DNA of 64,000 nucleotides. It comes from an uncultured Bacteroidales bacterium. Its GTDB lineage: Bacteria; Bacteroidota; Bacteroidia; Bacteroidales; UBA10428. Of this stretch, positions 1-8,837 are shown in pieces. Below the pieces are notes generated by a model, which was given only the letters and a program-made list of their open reading frames with translations, was not told the origin of the DNA and did no database searches. How positions within the stretch are numbered: position 1 is the first letter of the stretch; the number at the start of each line of letters is the position of its first letter. A program made the position numbers and the translations under genes. The stretch covers positions 11,713 to 75,712 of the forward strand of contig CAZLLD010000002.1 of assembly GCA_964560225.1 (NCBI GenBank), in the 5' to 3' direction.

Positions 1-106
1 CACTTAAAGATCGCTTCAGCGCATTCCCTGCGACACTTTCCTGCAAAGATTCCTCAATAATACCGGATAGTGACTTGGTGCGCCACAGGGATTGTCCGAT
101 CTTCAT
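1..106 (-). CDS. Partial CDS (N-terminus only, runs off the left edge), amino-acid-permease-like
   Basis: ATG at 106-104 on the minus strand opens a frame with no stop to position 1: MKIGQSLWRTKSLSGIIEESLQESVAGNALKRSLS. The RTKS...LKRSL pattern parallels the N-terminus of the APC permease at 24491..25942 (MDLFRTKPIGQLLAEAGDKEHGLKRAL). Too short for the ORF track. Confidence 0.35.
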   Translation of the reverse strand, partial: MKIGQSLWRTKSLSGIIEESLQESVAGNALKRSLS

Positions 107-211
107 AAACGGTAGTAATTGTCCGTTTTAAAGATAATACAATTGGCGTTTACACCATCTTTTTTATAGCTCCAAAAAAACTTTGAAAATGATTTGATTC
201 AGCCGAAAGCA

Positions 212-1135
212 TTACGGTTGCAAAGGAATGGCCTTTCTGTTAGCGCCCAAATACATTCCGGTGGCCAGCAATACCTCGGCAGTACCGGTACATCCGTTTG
301 AAAATTCAAGAAGTGCCGTGCCCAGCTCCGGCAATTTGTTGTTTTTTACACCTACCGCCCTGATTAGCGCCATACCGGAAACCGGGTTCCGGCGGCAGGA
401 TGGAGTAACTTCAAGTTCCAATAAGCCCTGCTGAATAATCTCGGCATCATGATTATCAACCTCTATGAGCTGACCGCCGCCGGTAATGGTGTAGTCATCG
501 TCCTGCACATTTCCCGGAGTTGTGTTCTGATCCACCGTAATCAGGTAAGCATCCTGTTCAATGGCAACGTATACATCGTTGGGACAAGGATTGTCAAGCC
601 GCGTGTATTCACTTTCTATCTCCCAGGTACTCAGGTTGATCTGAAGTATTGATTCCTGGTCGGGATTCAGGCAGATGTCCTGGCTGGCAAGGGCAACCCT
701 GAGCAGTCCGTGTTCGTCAAGAATAACCGGTATCGTTTTAATGGCCAGCAGGTCAAATGTGGTAGTTTCCGTCTGATAATCAGTAAAAAGAAGGGTCAGA
801 ATACCGCAATTTTCGCTGGCCCACAAGGCGGCAATAGTTATTCCGGATACTTTTTCATTGGACGTGATAAAATCAGATTCACCCTGAAGATCAACCTGCA
901 TCAGGGTAGTGCAAGGAAAACCAGCATTGCTGCGGATTGTGTTGACATTCTGAAAAGTTTGTCCCGATATTGATGCAACAGCAAGCGAAGCCGCATATCC
1001 TGTGTTCACTGAGGTTTGTATGGTCTCTGTCAGGTTTCCGGTATCTGGGTCCCTGAGGTATTCCTTCACCTGCTTGCAGGATGAACCGGTAAGTGTAAAA
1101 AGTAATACCAGCAATATGATGAAAAGTGTTTTCAT
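212..1135 (-). CDS. Hypothetical lipoprotein
   Basis: 307-aa ORF. N-terminal signal with lipobox-like LTGSSC (MKTLFIILLVLLFTLTGSSCKQ). No family recognised. Confidence 0.6.
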   Translation of the reverse strand: MKTLFIILLVLLFTLTGSSCKQVKEYLRDPDTGNLTETIQTSVNTGYAASLAVASISGQTFQNVNTIRSNAGFPCTTLMQVDLQGESDFITSNEKVSGITIAALWASENCGILTLLFTDYQTETTTFDLLAIKTIPVILDEHGLLRVALASQDICLNPDQESILQINLSTWEIESEYTRLDNPCPNDVYVAIEQDAYLITVDQNTTPGNVQDDDYTITGGGQLIEVDNHDAEIIQQGLLELEVTPSCRRNPVSGMALIRAVGVKNNKLPELGTALLEFSNGCTGTAEVLLATGMYLGANRKAIPLQP

Positions 1136-1267
1136 GGTACTGCTTCATTAAACTGGCTTCAGTTTGACAGATAGTTATACTGATTTTATTTGTAAGATGT
1201 TACTATAATCGTTGCTTAATAAATAGAACAAATTGATGGCTTTCGATTATATGTAAATTATTTTGTT

Positions 1268-1275
1268 TATTTTTG
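1268..1275 (+). promoter_or_regulatory. Candidate Bacteroidota -7 box (TAnnTTTG)
   Basis: TATTTTTG lies 34 nt upstream of the cold-shock gene ATG. No clear -33 TTTG. Confidence 0.3.
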
Positions 1276-1308
1276 CAGCCATTATTTTATTTATTATTTA
1301 TTACCATT

Positions 1309-1500
1309 ATGAAAGAAGGAAAAGTAAAATTTTTCAATGAATCAAAAGGATTCGGATTTATTAAAGACAACGACACCAATGAAGAGCATTTTGTGCACGT
1401 CAGCGGACTGATCGACAAAATCAATGAAGATGATGAAGTTACATTTGAACTTCAACAGGGTCGCAAAGGATTGAACGCGGTAAACGTTAAATTGGCATAA
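1309..1500 (+). CDS. Cold-shock protein (CspA family, CSD)
   Basis: MKEGKVKFFNESKGFGFIKDNDTNEEHFVHVSGL contains the RNP1 (KGFGFI) and RNP2-like (FVHVS) motifs. I chose the ATG at 1309 over the track's upstream non-ATG start at 1273. Confidence 0.9.
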   Translation: MKEGKVKFFNESKGFGFIKDNDTNEEHFVHVSGLIDKINEDDEVTFELQQGRKGLNAVNVKLA

Positions 1501-1531
1501 TTGTAAATTCAATATACCAGCATTCAGTTGA

Positions 1532-1557
1532 GGTCGCCAAAATGGCGACCTTTTTTT
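1532..1557 (+). terminator. Rho-independent terminator
   Basis: GGTCGCCA (1532-1539) / TGGCGACC (1543-1550), 3-nt loop, followed by T7. Confidence 0.8.
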
Positions 1558-1579
1558 ATTTTTCAGGATTCAAATTACT

Positions 1580-2299
1580 TCATTTGCTGCCGAATACCTT
1601 TCTGAGAATTTCTGTGGTACGTGCCACAGGATCTTTCCTGATTTTTAGCTCTTCTTTGGCAATCATTACAAATAGTCCCTGAATGGCATTATCAGTAACA
1701 TAAGCAGCCAGATCGGGATTCATCTTTTCAACCAGCGGTATCTTGTTATAGGCAGTGATGAGTTCACTCCAATATTTGGTGGCGTTTACTTTATCCAGCG
1801 AATTCCGGATAACCGGTTTGAATTTTTCATTGAGTTGCAGCGAGGTGGTTTTTTGCAGATACAGGGTGGCAGCATTATCCGGTCCCTTTACAATATTTAT
1901 GGCATCCATGATGGTCATCCCGGTGATGGCCGAAACAAAAATGGATTTGGCTTCTTTTGCAGCATCTTCGGCAGCCCGGTTGATTGATAGAATGGCTTTG
2001 TCAACCTGGTTTCCAAGTCCTACGGCCCGCAACTTGCTTTCAATGTTGGCTGCCTCTGGTGGAAAAGGAATTTTGATTTCAGTATTTTTGAAATATCCGT
2101 CAACAACTGACACAATGCTTACTCCCTCGTTGGTTCCTTTAATTAATGCTTCCCGGATGCCCTGTGCAGCTTCGCCCTCGGTATAGCCACCGGTTGGTGT
2201 ACCCACAGCTTTCGACAGATCCTGCAACAACTGGGTATTTCCGCATGAGCCAACAAGCAGCGAAACAAGCAGGAACTTAATGATAGACGGTCTTTTCAT
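1580..2299 (-). CDS. DUF4197-like lipoprotein
   Basis: Start taken at MKRPSIIKFLLVSLLVGSCGN (signal plus lipobox Cys). The helical ~230-aa body resembles the DUF4197 family from memory. Confidence 0.55.
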   Translation of the reverse strand: MKRPSIIKFLLVSLLVGSCGNTQLLQDLSKAVGTPTGGYTEGEAAQGIREALIKGTNEGVSIVSVVDGYFKNTEIKIPFPPEAANIESKLRAVGLGNQVDKAILSINRAAEDAAKEAKSIFVSAITGMTIMDAINIVKGPDNAATLYLQKTTSLQLNEKFKPVIRNSLDKVNATKYWSELITAYNKIPLVEKMNPDLAAYVTDNAIQGLFVMIAKEELKIRKDPVARTTEILRKVFGSK

Positions 2300-2428
2300 A
2301 TTAATAAGTTTTATTGTTATGGAATGATTCGGGATAAACTTGCTAAACATTACAAAATTTGTAAATATATTCGCTATTCTGAAAGTTAATTTACGAAAAT
2401 TACCAGAAATAATAAACCCTGAATTATC

Positions 2429-4063
2429 ATGAATGAGAAAGTTTCCATCAGTCCAAGCGGAGAAAAATTCCCCTTACCCAAATCTGAAGATTATCAACTT
2501 GAATTCGAACAACTTAAGAAGCGTGTTGAAAAAGAACGAGCTGAAAACCGTGAAATAGTTGTTGTCATGGGACTCGGATTTGTTGGTGCAGTTATGGCTG
2601 CCATCGTTGCCGATACAGTGGATGAAAAAGGCAAACCGGGCAAGTTTGTCATTGGCATGCAGCGGCCAAGCGTGCGAAGTTATTGGAAAATTCCACTACT
2701 CAACCGCGGTGTATCTCCCGTTAAGGCCGAGGATCCTGAAGTTGACCCCATGATTGAACGCTGTGTCAATGTAAAAAAAACACTGATGGCAACCTACACC
2801 TATGATGTGCTGAAACTGGCCGATGTGGTGGTGGTAGACGTGCAGTGTGATTATGTCAAGAAAGACCTGGGGAATGTGAGAACCGGGCAAACTGACATGG
2901 CAGCACTTGAAGCCTCAATCAGTGTTATTGCTGAACATATCCCCGCAAATGCGCTTGTACTGATTGAAACTACTGTTGCTCCTGGAACCACCGAGCAGGT
3001 GGCTTATCCTATTATGAAAAAGGCCTTCAGGCAAAGGGGAATAACAAGCGATCCGCTGCTGGCCCATAGTTATGAACGTGTGATGCCCGGTCGCGATTAT
3101 GTTGCCAGCATCCGTGATTTCTGGCGCGTTTGCAGCGGCATCAACGAAGAAGCCAAAAAACGGGTTGTGAAATTCCTCAACGAGGTGCTCAATACCAAGA
3201 AATTCCCGCTTACGGTGATGGACAGGCCCATCGAATCAGAAACGGCCAAAATCGTAGAGAACAGTTATCGCGCCACTATCCTGGCCTTTCTGGATGAATG
3301 GAGCCTTTATGCTGAACGAAACGGAGTCGACCTGATCAAGGTGATCAAAGCTATTAAAATGCGGCCTACACACAGCAACATCATCTTTCCGGGCCCAGGA
3401 GTGGGTGGGTATTGCCTGCCTAAAGACGGCGGACTGGGGGTTTGGGCTTATAAACACATCCTGGGTTTTGATGATAAGATCTTTAAGATTACCCCAATGG
3501 CCATCGACATCAACGATACCCGTGGAATGCATGTTGGCCAGCTAACCCGGGATGCACTCAGGAATATGGGCCGTCCGGTGGCTTCTGCCGACGTTTTGAT
3601 TCTGGGAGCGGCATATCGCGAAGATGTAGGAGATACCCGTTACAGTGGCTCAGAAATAGTAATCCGGAAGCTCACGGAAATGGGTGCTGAAATCAGGGTG
3701 CATGATCCCTACGTCGATCACTGGTGGGAGTTTGAACAGCAGGATTCCTATCCCGATGTGGGGCAGAGTAAAGCACGCTTCTTCCGCAACCAGGAGAAAT
3801 TAAAAGATCTGCGTATCGAAAAGGATCTGAAAAAAGCACTGAAAGGCGCCGAGGCTGTTGTTTTTGCCGTAAGGCACCAGGAGTACCTGAAGCTGAAACC
3901 CGAAGAAGTGGTGAAATTTATCGGTCAACCTGCAGCCATTATTGATTGCTTTGGCATACTCTCTGATGACGACATCAGGCAGTATTTCCTCATGGGTTGT
4001 GAAGTAAAAGGATTGGGACGCGGCCACATCCAAAGGATTAAAGATGAGATCCGAAAGGCATAA
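2429..4063 (+). CDS. Nucleotide-sugar dehydrogenase (UDP-glucose/GDP-mannose dehydrogenase family), long form
   Basis: Rossmann motif GLGFVGAVMA, catalytic-Cys motif GGYCLPKD, and a C-terminal UDP-binding-domain-like region (LGAAYREDVGDTRYS). 544 aa. Confidence 0.8.
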   Translation: MNEKVSISPSGEKFPLPKSEDYQLEFEQLKKRVEKERAENREIVVVMGLGFVGAVMAAIVADTVDEKGKPGKFVIGMQRPSVRSYWKIPLLNRGVSPVKAEDPEVDPMIERCVNVKKTLMATYTYDVLKLADVVVVDVQCDYVKKDLGNVRTGQTDMAALEASISVIAEHIPANALVLIETTVAPGTTEQVAYPIMKKAFRQRGITSDPLLAHSYERVMPGRDYVASIRDFWRVCSGINEEAKKRVVKFLNEVLNTKKFPLTVMDRPIESETAKIVENSYRATILAFLDEWSLYAERNGVDLIKVIKAIKMRPTHSNIIFPGPGVGGYCLPKDGGLGVWAYKHILGFDDKIFKITPMAIDINDTRGMHVGQLTRDALRNMGRPVASADVLILGAAYREDVGDTRYSGSEIVIRKLTEMGAEIRVHDPYVDHWWEFEQQDSYPDVGQSKARFFRNQEKLKDLRIEKDLKKALKGAEAVVFAVRHQEYLKLKPEEVVKFIGQPAAIIDCFGILSDDDIRQYFLMGCEVKGLGRGHIQRIKDEIRKA

Positions 4064-4163
4064 GAATTAACCGTTTATTGCGTTAATGAATGACTGTATA
4101 CTTAAATTAGTTGTTTTCAGGATGATTTGAATATGACTGATAATCAATACATAAACCCAAATC

Positions 4164-4535
4164 ATGACAACCGTTTATATCTATCTGCGTTCGGTAAAGG
4201 CCGATGGTAAAGAAGCATTGGCCTTGTTTGATTCAAACCGTGGCGGTGCAATCAATAACCTGATAACTGAAGTTCCCGCCGGGACAAGAATTATCTGGCG
4301 ACCCGATTGCTGCAGCGGAATTGAAAACATTGTTTCCATCAGGTCGAAATCGGGCAAAGGCAATGTATTCACCTCGGAACCAAAAAAGAAATTGTTTTGC
4401 CGTGGTTTGGTGCTTCAACTTGAAAAAACTGCCATAGGTGAAGAAGCGTATTTCATTGAGTACCTCTCATCACAGGGTGAAAAAATGAGAATAGATCCTT
4501 ACATCAAAATCAAACCGCCTGAAGGTCAACCATGA
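4164..4535 (+). CDS. Hypothetical small protein
   Basis: 123-aa ORF with no recognisable family. Its stop overlaps the start of the next gene (ATGA at 4532-4535). Confidence 0.5.
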   Translation: MTTVYIYLRSVKADGKEALALFDSNRGGAINNLITEVPAGTRIIWRPDCCSGIENIVSIRSKSGKGNVFTSEPKKKLFCRGLVLQLEKTAIGEEAYFIEYLSSQGEKMRIDPYIKIKPPEGQP

Positions 4536-6436
4536 TCTGTCGCTGCCTGGCTGTTACTCTTATTGCCATCATTATTGCAATAAAACCCCTCTACGCGTGG
4601 CAGGTCCACGTTGTGGATAGCCTTTTGCATATCATTCATCAGGAACCGGAAGATGATTCCGACCGGAAATACGATTTGCTCTGTCAGATTGCTGCAGTTT
4701 CATCAAATGCCGATACCATTGTGAAATACAGCGAACAGGCTGTGATTATGGCAGAAACACTCGGCAAAAGCCAGGCCCGGGCTTTTACCTACAAAGGTAT
4801 CGGGTACCTCAATTCCGGAAGGCTTGCTGCTGCACTGGAATGCTTTCTGAATGCTGCCGGTGAGTATGAAAAATTCAATAATGCAATCGGATTGGCAACG
4901 GCATACACATATGTCTCCCAAACCTACAGCATGCAGGGAAACCATGGCAATGAGCGGTTTTATCTTAAAAAAGCGATTGAAATCTTTACGCGCGAGAAAG
5001 ATACCATTAATCTGGCCTCTGCACTGCATAACCTGGGATATTCAAATTACATTACGGGGCAATACGATACGGCTTTGACGCTGTTTAAAAGAACGGGGGA
5101 AATATACAAGAAACTTGGATATCTGTCTGAATATGCCTATACCATTGGAAATTCGGGATTGGTATATTCGCAAATGGCCACTTTGGATCTGGCTGAAGAC
5201 TACCTGTTAAAGGCTGTTGAAATGCTCCAACTACAGGGTGATGAATATGCTGTTGCCGAATATATGATTGAATATGCCTGGGTTCTTCAACGAAAAGGAA
5301 AACTAGCAGAAGCTCTTCAATACGCCAGAACAGGTTTTCAGAAAGCTACCACCAACCGGATTCTTGAGCTTGAACGTGATGCTGCTTATCGCCTGGCTCA
5401 ATTGTATCAGGCTTCGGTCAGGTTCGACAGTGCATACCATTACCTGTCGCTTTATATCAGTACAAACGACAGCATTAAGAACATCGAGAATGTTCAGAAA
5501 ATGGCTGATCTGAGAACCGGATTTGAAGTGGCCAAAAAGCAGACTGAGGTAGATGTACTCCAGAAGAACAGAATTATTCAACTGATAGTTATCGGAAGTC
5601 TTGCCCTCATCCTCTTGCTGGCAGGTTGGCTTATTGTTATGTATTACAGGAATCTTACAAGATTGAGAAAACTTACCAATGACCTCAGGGAACGCAAAAC
5701 ATTGCTTGAAAACCAAAGCACAGAACTCAGGGAACTTAACCGCATCAAGGACAAATTCTTTTCGGTTGTTTCGCATGACCTCAGAGGACCCATCAGTTCT
5801 ATCGGCGGAATTTCACACATGATCCGGGAAAGTATGGAACATGACAACAAGGCGCTGCTTCATGAAATAACCAGCTATATTGATCAGACTGTTTTTTCTC
5901 TGACCGGACTCCTTGAGAACCTGCTGAACTGGGCACAAAGCCAGCAGGGAAGATTTCCCTACAACGAAACGGAAATCGATACCAAAGAGCTGATCACAGA
6001 GGTAGCGAGGTTATTCTCTACCATTGCCGTACTAAAAGACATCCGCATCAACCTGAAGCTCCGCGACAATTTGTCGATTCCGGGAGACCGCAACAGCATG
6101 ATGATGATTATCCGCAACCTGGTGAGCAATGCTATCAAGTTCACCAAAGCAAATGGCATGATAAGCATTACTACAAGCCTTACAGACGATGGTCTGGCAG
6201 AAATTGTGGTATCTGACAATGGTGTTGGTATTCCGGAAGACAAATTACCCTGGCTGTTTGAATTTAAAGAAAACAAAAGTACATACGGAACCGACAAGGA
6301 AAAAGGGGTTGGACTGGGACTGAGTCTGGTGAATGAGTTTGTAAAAATGAACAAGGGCTCTATCCATGTGAACAGTACAGTAGGTAAAGGAACGAGTTTT
6401 GTTATCCGTTTTGCCTCAGTTCGGGCAGGGAATTAA
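4532..6436 (+). CDS. TPR-repeat sensor histidine kinase
   Basis: N-terminal signal/TM, TPR-like repeats, a TM helix (IIQLIVIGSLALILLLAGWLIVMYY), a coiled coil, the HisKA H-box FFSVVSHDLRGP, and HATPase_c N/G boxes (NLVSNAIKFT, DNGVGIP, GVGLGL). Confidence 0.85.
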   Translation: MICRCLAVTLIAIIIAIKPLYAWQVHVVDSLLHIIHQEPEDDSDRKYDLLCQIAAVSSNADTIVKYSEQAVIMAETLGKSQARAFTYKGIGYLNSGRLAAALECFLNAAGEYEKFNNAIGLATAYTYVSQTYSMQGNHGNERFYLKKAIEIFTREKDTINLASALHNLGYSNYITGQYDTALTLFKRTGEIYKKLGYLSEYAYTIGNSGLVYSQMATLDLAEDYLLKAVEMLQLQGDEYAVAEYMIEYAWVLQRKGKLAEALQYARTGFQKATTNRILELERDAAYRLAQLYQASVRFDSAYHYLSLYISTNDSIKNIENVQKMADLRTGFEVAKKQTEVDVLQKNRIIQLIVIGSLALILLLAGWLIVMYYRNLTRLRKLTNDLRERKTLLENQSTELRELNRIKDKFFSVVSHDLRGPISSIGGISHMIRESMEHDNKALLHEITSYIDQTVFSLTGLLENLLNWAQSQQGRFPYNETEIDTKELITEVARLFSTIAVLKDIRINLKLRDNLSIPGDRNSMMMIIRNLVSNAIKFTKANGMISITTSLTDDGLAEIVVSDNGVGIPEDKLPWLFEFKENKSTYGTDKEKGVGLGLSLVNEFVKMNKGSIHVNSTVGKGTSFVIRFASVRAGN

Positions 6437-6444
6437 CCTGTATC

Positions 6445-8235
6445 TCATTCTTGTTTCAGTTTCAAGATCGAATAACTTTGCCCCGGCATGGTAACCGATA
6501 TTTGTTTCCCGGAACGGTTCAGCTTTAATTCTTTCCCGGCCAGCAGCAAAGTATTTCGGTAATCAATGTTCAGTTCAAAATCAGCATTCACCTCTTTTGC
6601 CGAAGGATTCAGCATTACCAGCACCACATCCTGATCTTTGGCCCTGGCATAGATAAAGGGATAGGTGTTTTCTTTAGCATAAAGCGGAACGAACTCAGCG
6701 TAATCAGCCAGGGCAGGTTCGGAGTGCTTCAGCTGAATCAGTCTGCGTGTTCGGTTCAGCAATGAATTGCTGTCTTTCTCCTGTGCTTCCACATAGGGTG
6801 CATTATCGGCGGTATCAACGGGAAGATACAACTTTTCGGCAGCAGCAGTTGAAAAGCCCAGGTTATCAGCATTGCTCCATTGCATGGGTGTGCGCGCACC
6901 GTTACGGGGCCGGTAGGCACCTTCAACCTGCGGCCAGCTATCAGGCAGCTGTCGCATTCCAATTTCATTGCCATAATAAATAAATGGGGCACCGGGCATG
7001 GTGAGTCCGAATGCATAAATGATTTCCAGGTCATTATCGCTTCTGTTGTTACCCAGCCGGGCATTGTCGTGATTACCCAACGGCAGGCAGATGTATCCTT
7101 TTCCGGTAGTAGGCATATATTGCTCCATGTATTTTTCCAGGAAGTGGGTGATATTGCCTTTACCTTCCTTGTCAAAGAAACTGTTGCCTTCCGAATAGCC
7201 ATTCAAAATGCGCCAGCTTTCTTTCTGAAACAGATCATTGTATCCATCGAACCAATGAAAGAAATCAGCATGGAAACAGCCATCGAGTGCCGAAACCGGA
7301 TTCGACCATTCCGCTACCATAAAGGCATCCGGAAATTCTTCTTTCAGCATGGCCCTGATTTCCTGCCAGAACTTCTTGGTGGCATTTTCATGGGTATTGT
7401 AGAATTGCGGATTGCCTGCAATATTGGCTGTTTTCACCAGGGCCCCGGCCATGTCAGCCCTGAAGCCATCAGCACCCATTTTCATCCAGAAGCGAACCAC
7501 ATTTTTCATTTCCTCACGCATGGCCAGCACATCCGGATGATCTACCGGAAGCTGCCATTTCATGGTAGAGTCGGGCAGGGCAAAGCCATAATTCAAGGCC
7601 GGCTGGCAATAATAAAAGTTCCGCATGTATTGCCCGTTTCGGGTGCCATAGCCCTTGATAAAAGCATCCCGGTATGCAGCAGGAGGATTCAGCCAGAGAT
7701 TGTCGGTCCAGATATACCAGTTGGAATACTTGTTTGACTCCTGTTGCGCCGAGGCTTTAAACCAGGGGTGTTCCATGGAGGTGTAGCTGGCCACAAAATC
7801 GAACAGTATTCGCAATCCTCTTTTATGCGCTTCCTCAAACAGTTTTTTTGCATCCTCATTGGTTCCATATCGGGGAGCCACTTTGTAATAATCGGAAATA
7901 TCATAACCGGCATCACAAAAAGGCGATTCAAAAAATGGGTTGATCCATACCGCATCCACTCCAAGGCTTTTCACGTAACCGAGTTTCTGAATAATTCCTT
8001 TCAGATCACCTATGCCGTCACCGTCTGAATCATAAAATGTTTGGGGATATATCTGGTAGAAGACGGCCTGGTTAACCCAGGCGGGACAATCAGGTATTGT
8101 ATATTTCCCGGTTATCTGGTTGGAAAATAGTGCATTGGTTTCATTTTTAGGATTACTGCATTGGATTACAAGCAGGAACACAACCAGTATTGCGGCTGTT
8201 TGGACCGGGTTTTTACACAAAGCGTTAAAATTCAT
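6445..8235 (-). CDS. Glycoside hydrolase family 13 (alpha-amylase family; alpha-glucosidase/oligo-1,6-glucosidase-like)
   Basis: DSDGDGIGDLKGIIQKLGYVKSLGVDAVWINPFFESP, GADGFRADMA, MVAEWS and LGNHDNAR correspond to GH13 conserved regions. An N-terminal signal is present. Confidence 0.85.
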   Translation of the reverse strand: MNFNALCKNPVQTAAILVVFLLVIQCSNPKNETNALFSNQITGKYTIPDCPAWVNQAVFYQIYPQTFYDSDGDGIGDLKGIIQKLGYVKSLGVDAVWINPFFESPFCDAGYDISDYYKVAPRYGTNEDAKKLFEEAHKRGLRILFDFVASYTSMEHPWFKASAQQESNKYSNWYIWTDNLWLNPPAAYRDAFIKGYGTRNGQYMRNFYYCQPALNYGFALPDSTMKWQLPVDHPDVLAMREEMKNVVRFWMKMGADGFRADMAGALVKTANIAGNPQFYNTHENATKKFWQEIRAMLKEEFPDAFMVAEWSNPVSALDGCFHADFFHWFDGYNDLFQKESWRILNGYSEGNSFFDKEGKGNITHFLEKYMEQYMPTTGKGYICLPLGNHDNARLGNNRSDNDLEIIYAFGLTMPGAPFIYYGNEIGMRQLPDSWPQVEGAYRPRNGARTPMQWSNADNLGFSTAAAEKLYLPVDTADNAPYVEAQEKDSNSLLNRTRRLIQLKHSEPALADYAEFVPLYAKENTYPFIYARAKDQDVVLVMLNPSAKEVNADFELNIDYRNTLLLAGKELKLNRSGKQISVTMPGQSYSILKLKQE

Positions 8236-8354
8236 GATATTAAAATTTGTGGTTTCAGCTAATCAAAAATAGCGAATTATAGAAACCAGATACACCAAAA
8301 AGGATATATCTATGTGCCATTTTTACCCAAAAGACAATCAAAATATTGCTGAAA

Positions 8355-8672
8355 TTAAAACCTGTAAAACAGACCTATGCCCATAGCTGGCAACAGGGTT
8401 GTGAAACCTGTTTCATTGTATTGCTTCAGATCGCTTTCTTTCATGGAGCCGTCGGCCATACTGTTGGCAATGGCACATCCAAACCAGTATTCATGCCGGA
8501 GCTGCTCAACCTGCACCTTATCGCCGGGTTTTGCTTTTATAATTGGTTTTCCCATACGGTATTTGGCAATCGAATCGCTAATGCCTGCATATTGTGCTTC
8601 TGCACTGCTGTTTTCGTTGATCTGGATCAAAGCGGACAGTCGCACGATAAGGATTCCTTTTACAATAGGCAT
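8355..8672 (-). pseudogene. Possible remnant of a GH10-like (xylanase-family) gene N-terminus
   Basis: KYRMGKPIIKAKPGDKVQVEQLRHEYWFGCAIAN resembles, from memory, the N-terminal region of COG3693/GH10-like proteins. The ORF stops after ~105 aa instead of ~350. It lies in a 600-nt gap between divergent genes. Confidence 0.3.
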
Positions 8673-8837
8673 TTGTTTTTTTGTTGGAAACTAAAATTAA
8701 TGAATCTAGCTACAGGATTTTGTTAATAGACCCTTAAAAATCATTTCGACATATTCAGAGCTGTTGTTAATGATTCGTTTATTTTCAATACTTTTATTAC
8801 CTATAATTTTCATAAAAAATAAACAACCCACAATTCT

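Noticed and set aside
6747-8028. Plus- and minus-strand ORFs of up to 285 aa overlapping the GH13 gene
   Set aside because: They overlap or run antisense to a CDS carrying all GH13 signature regions. They have no independent motifs.
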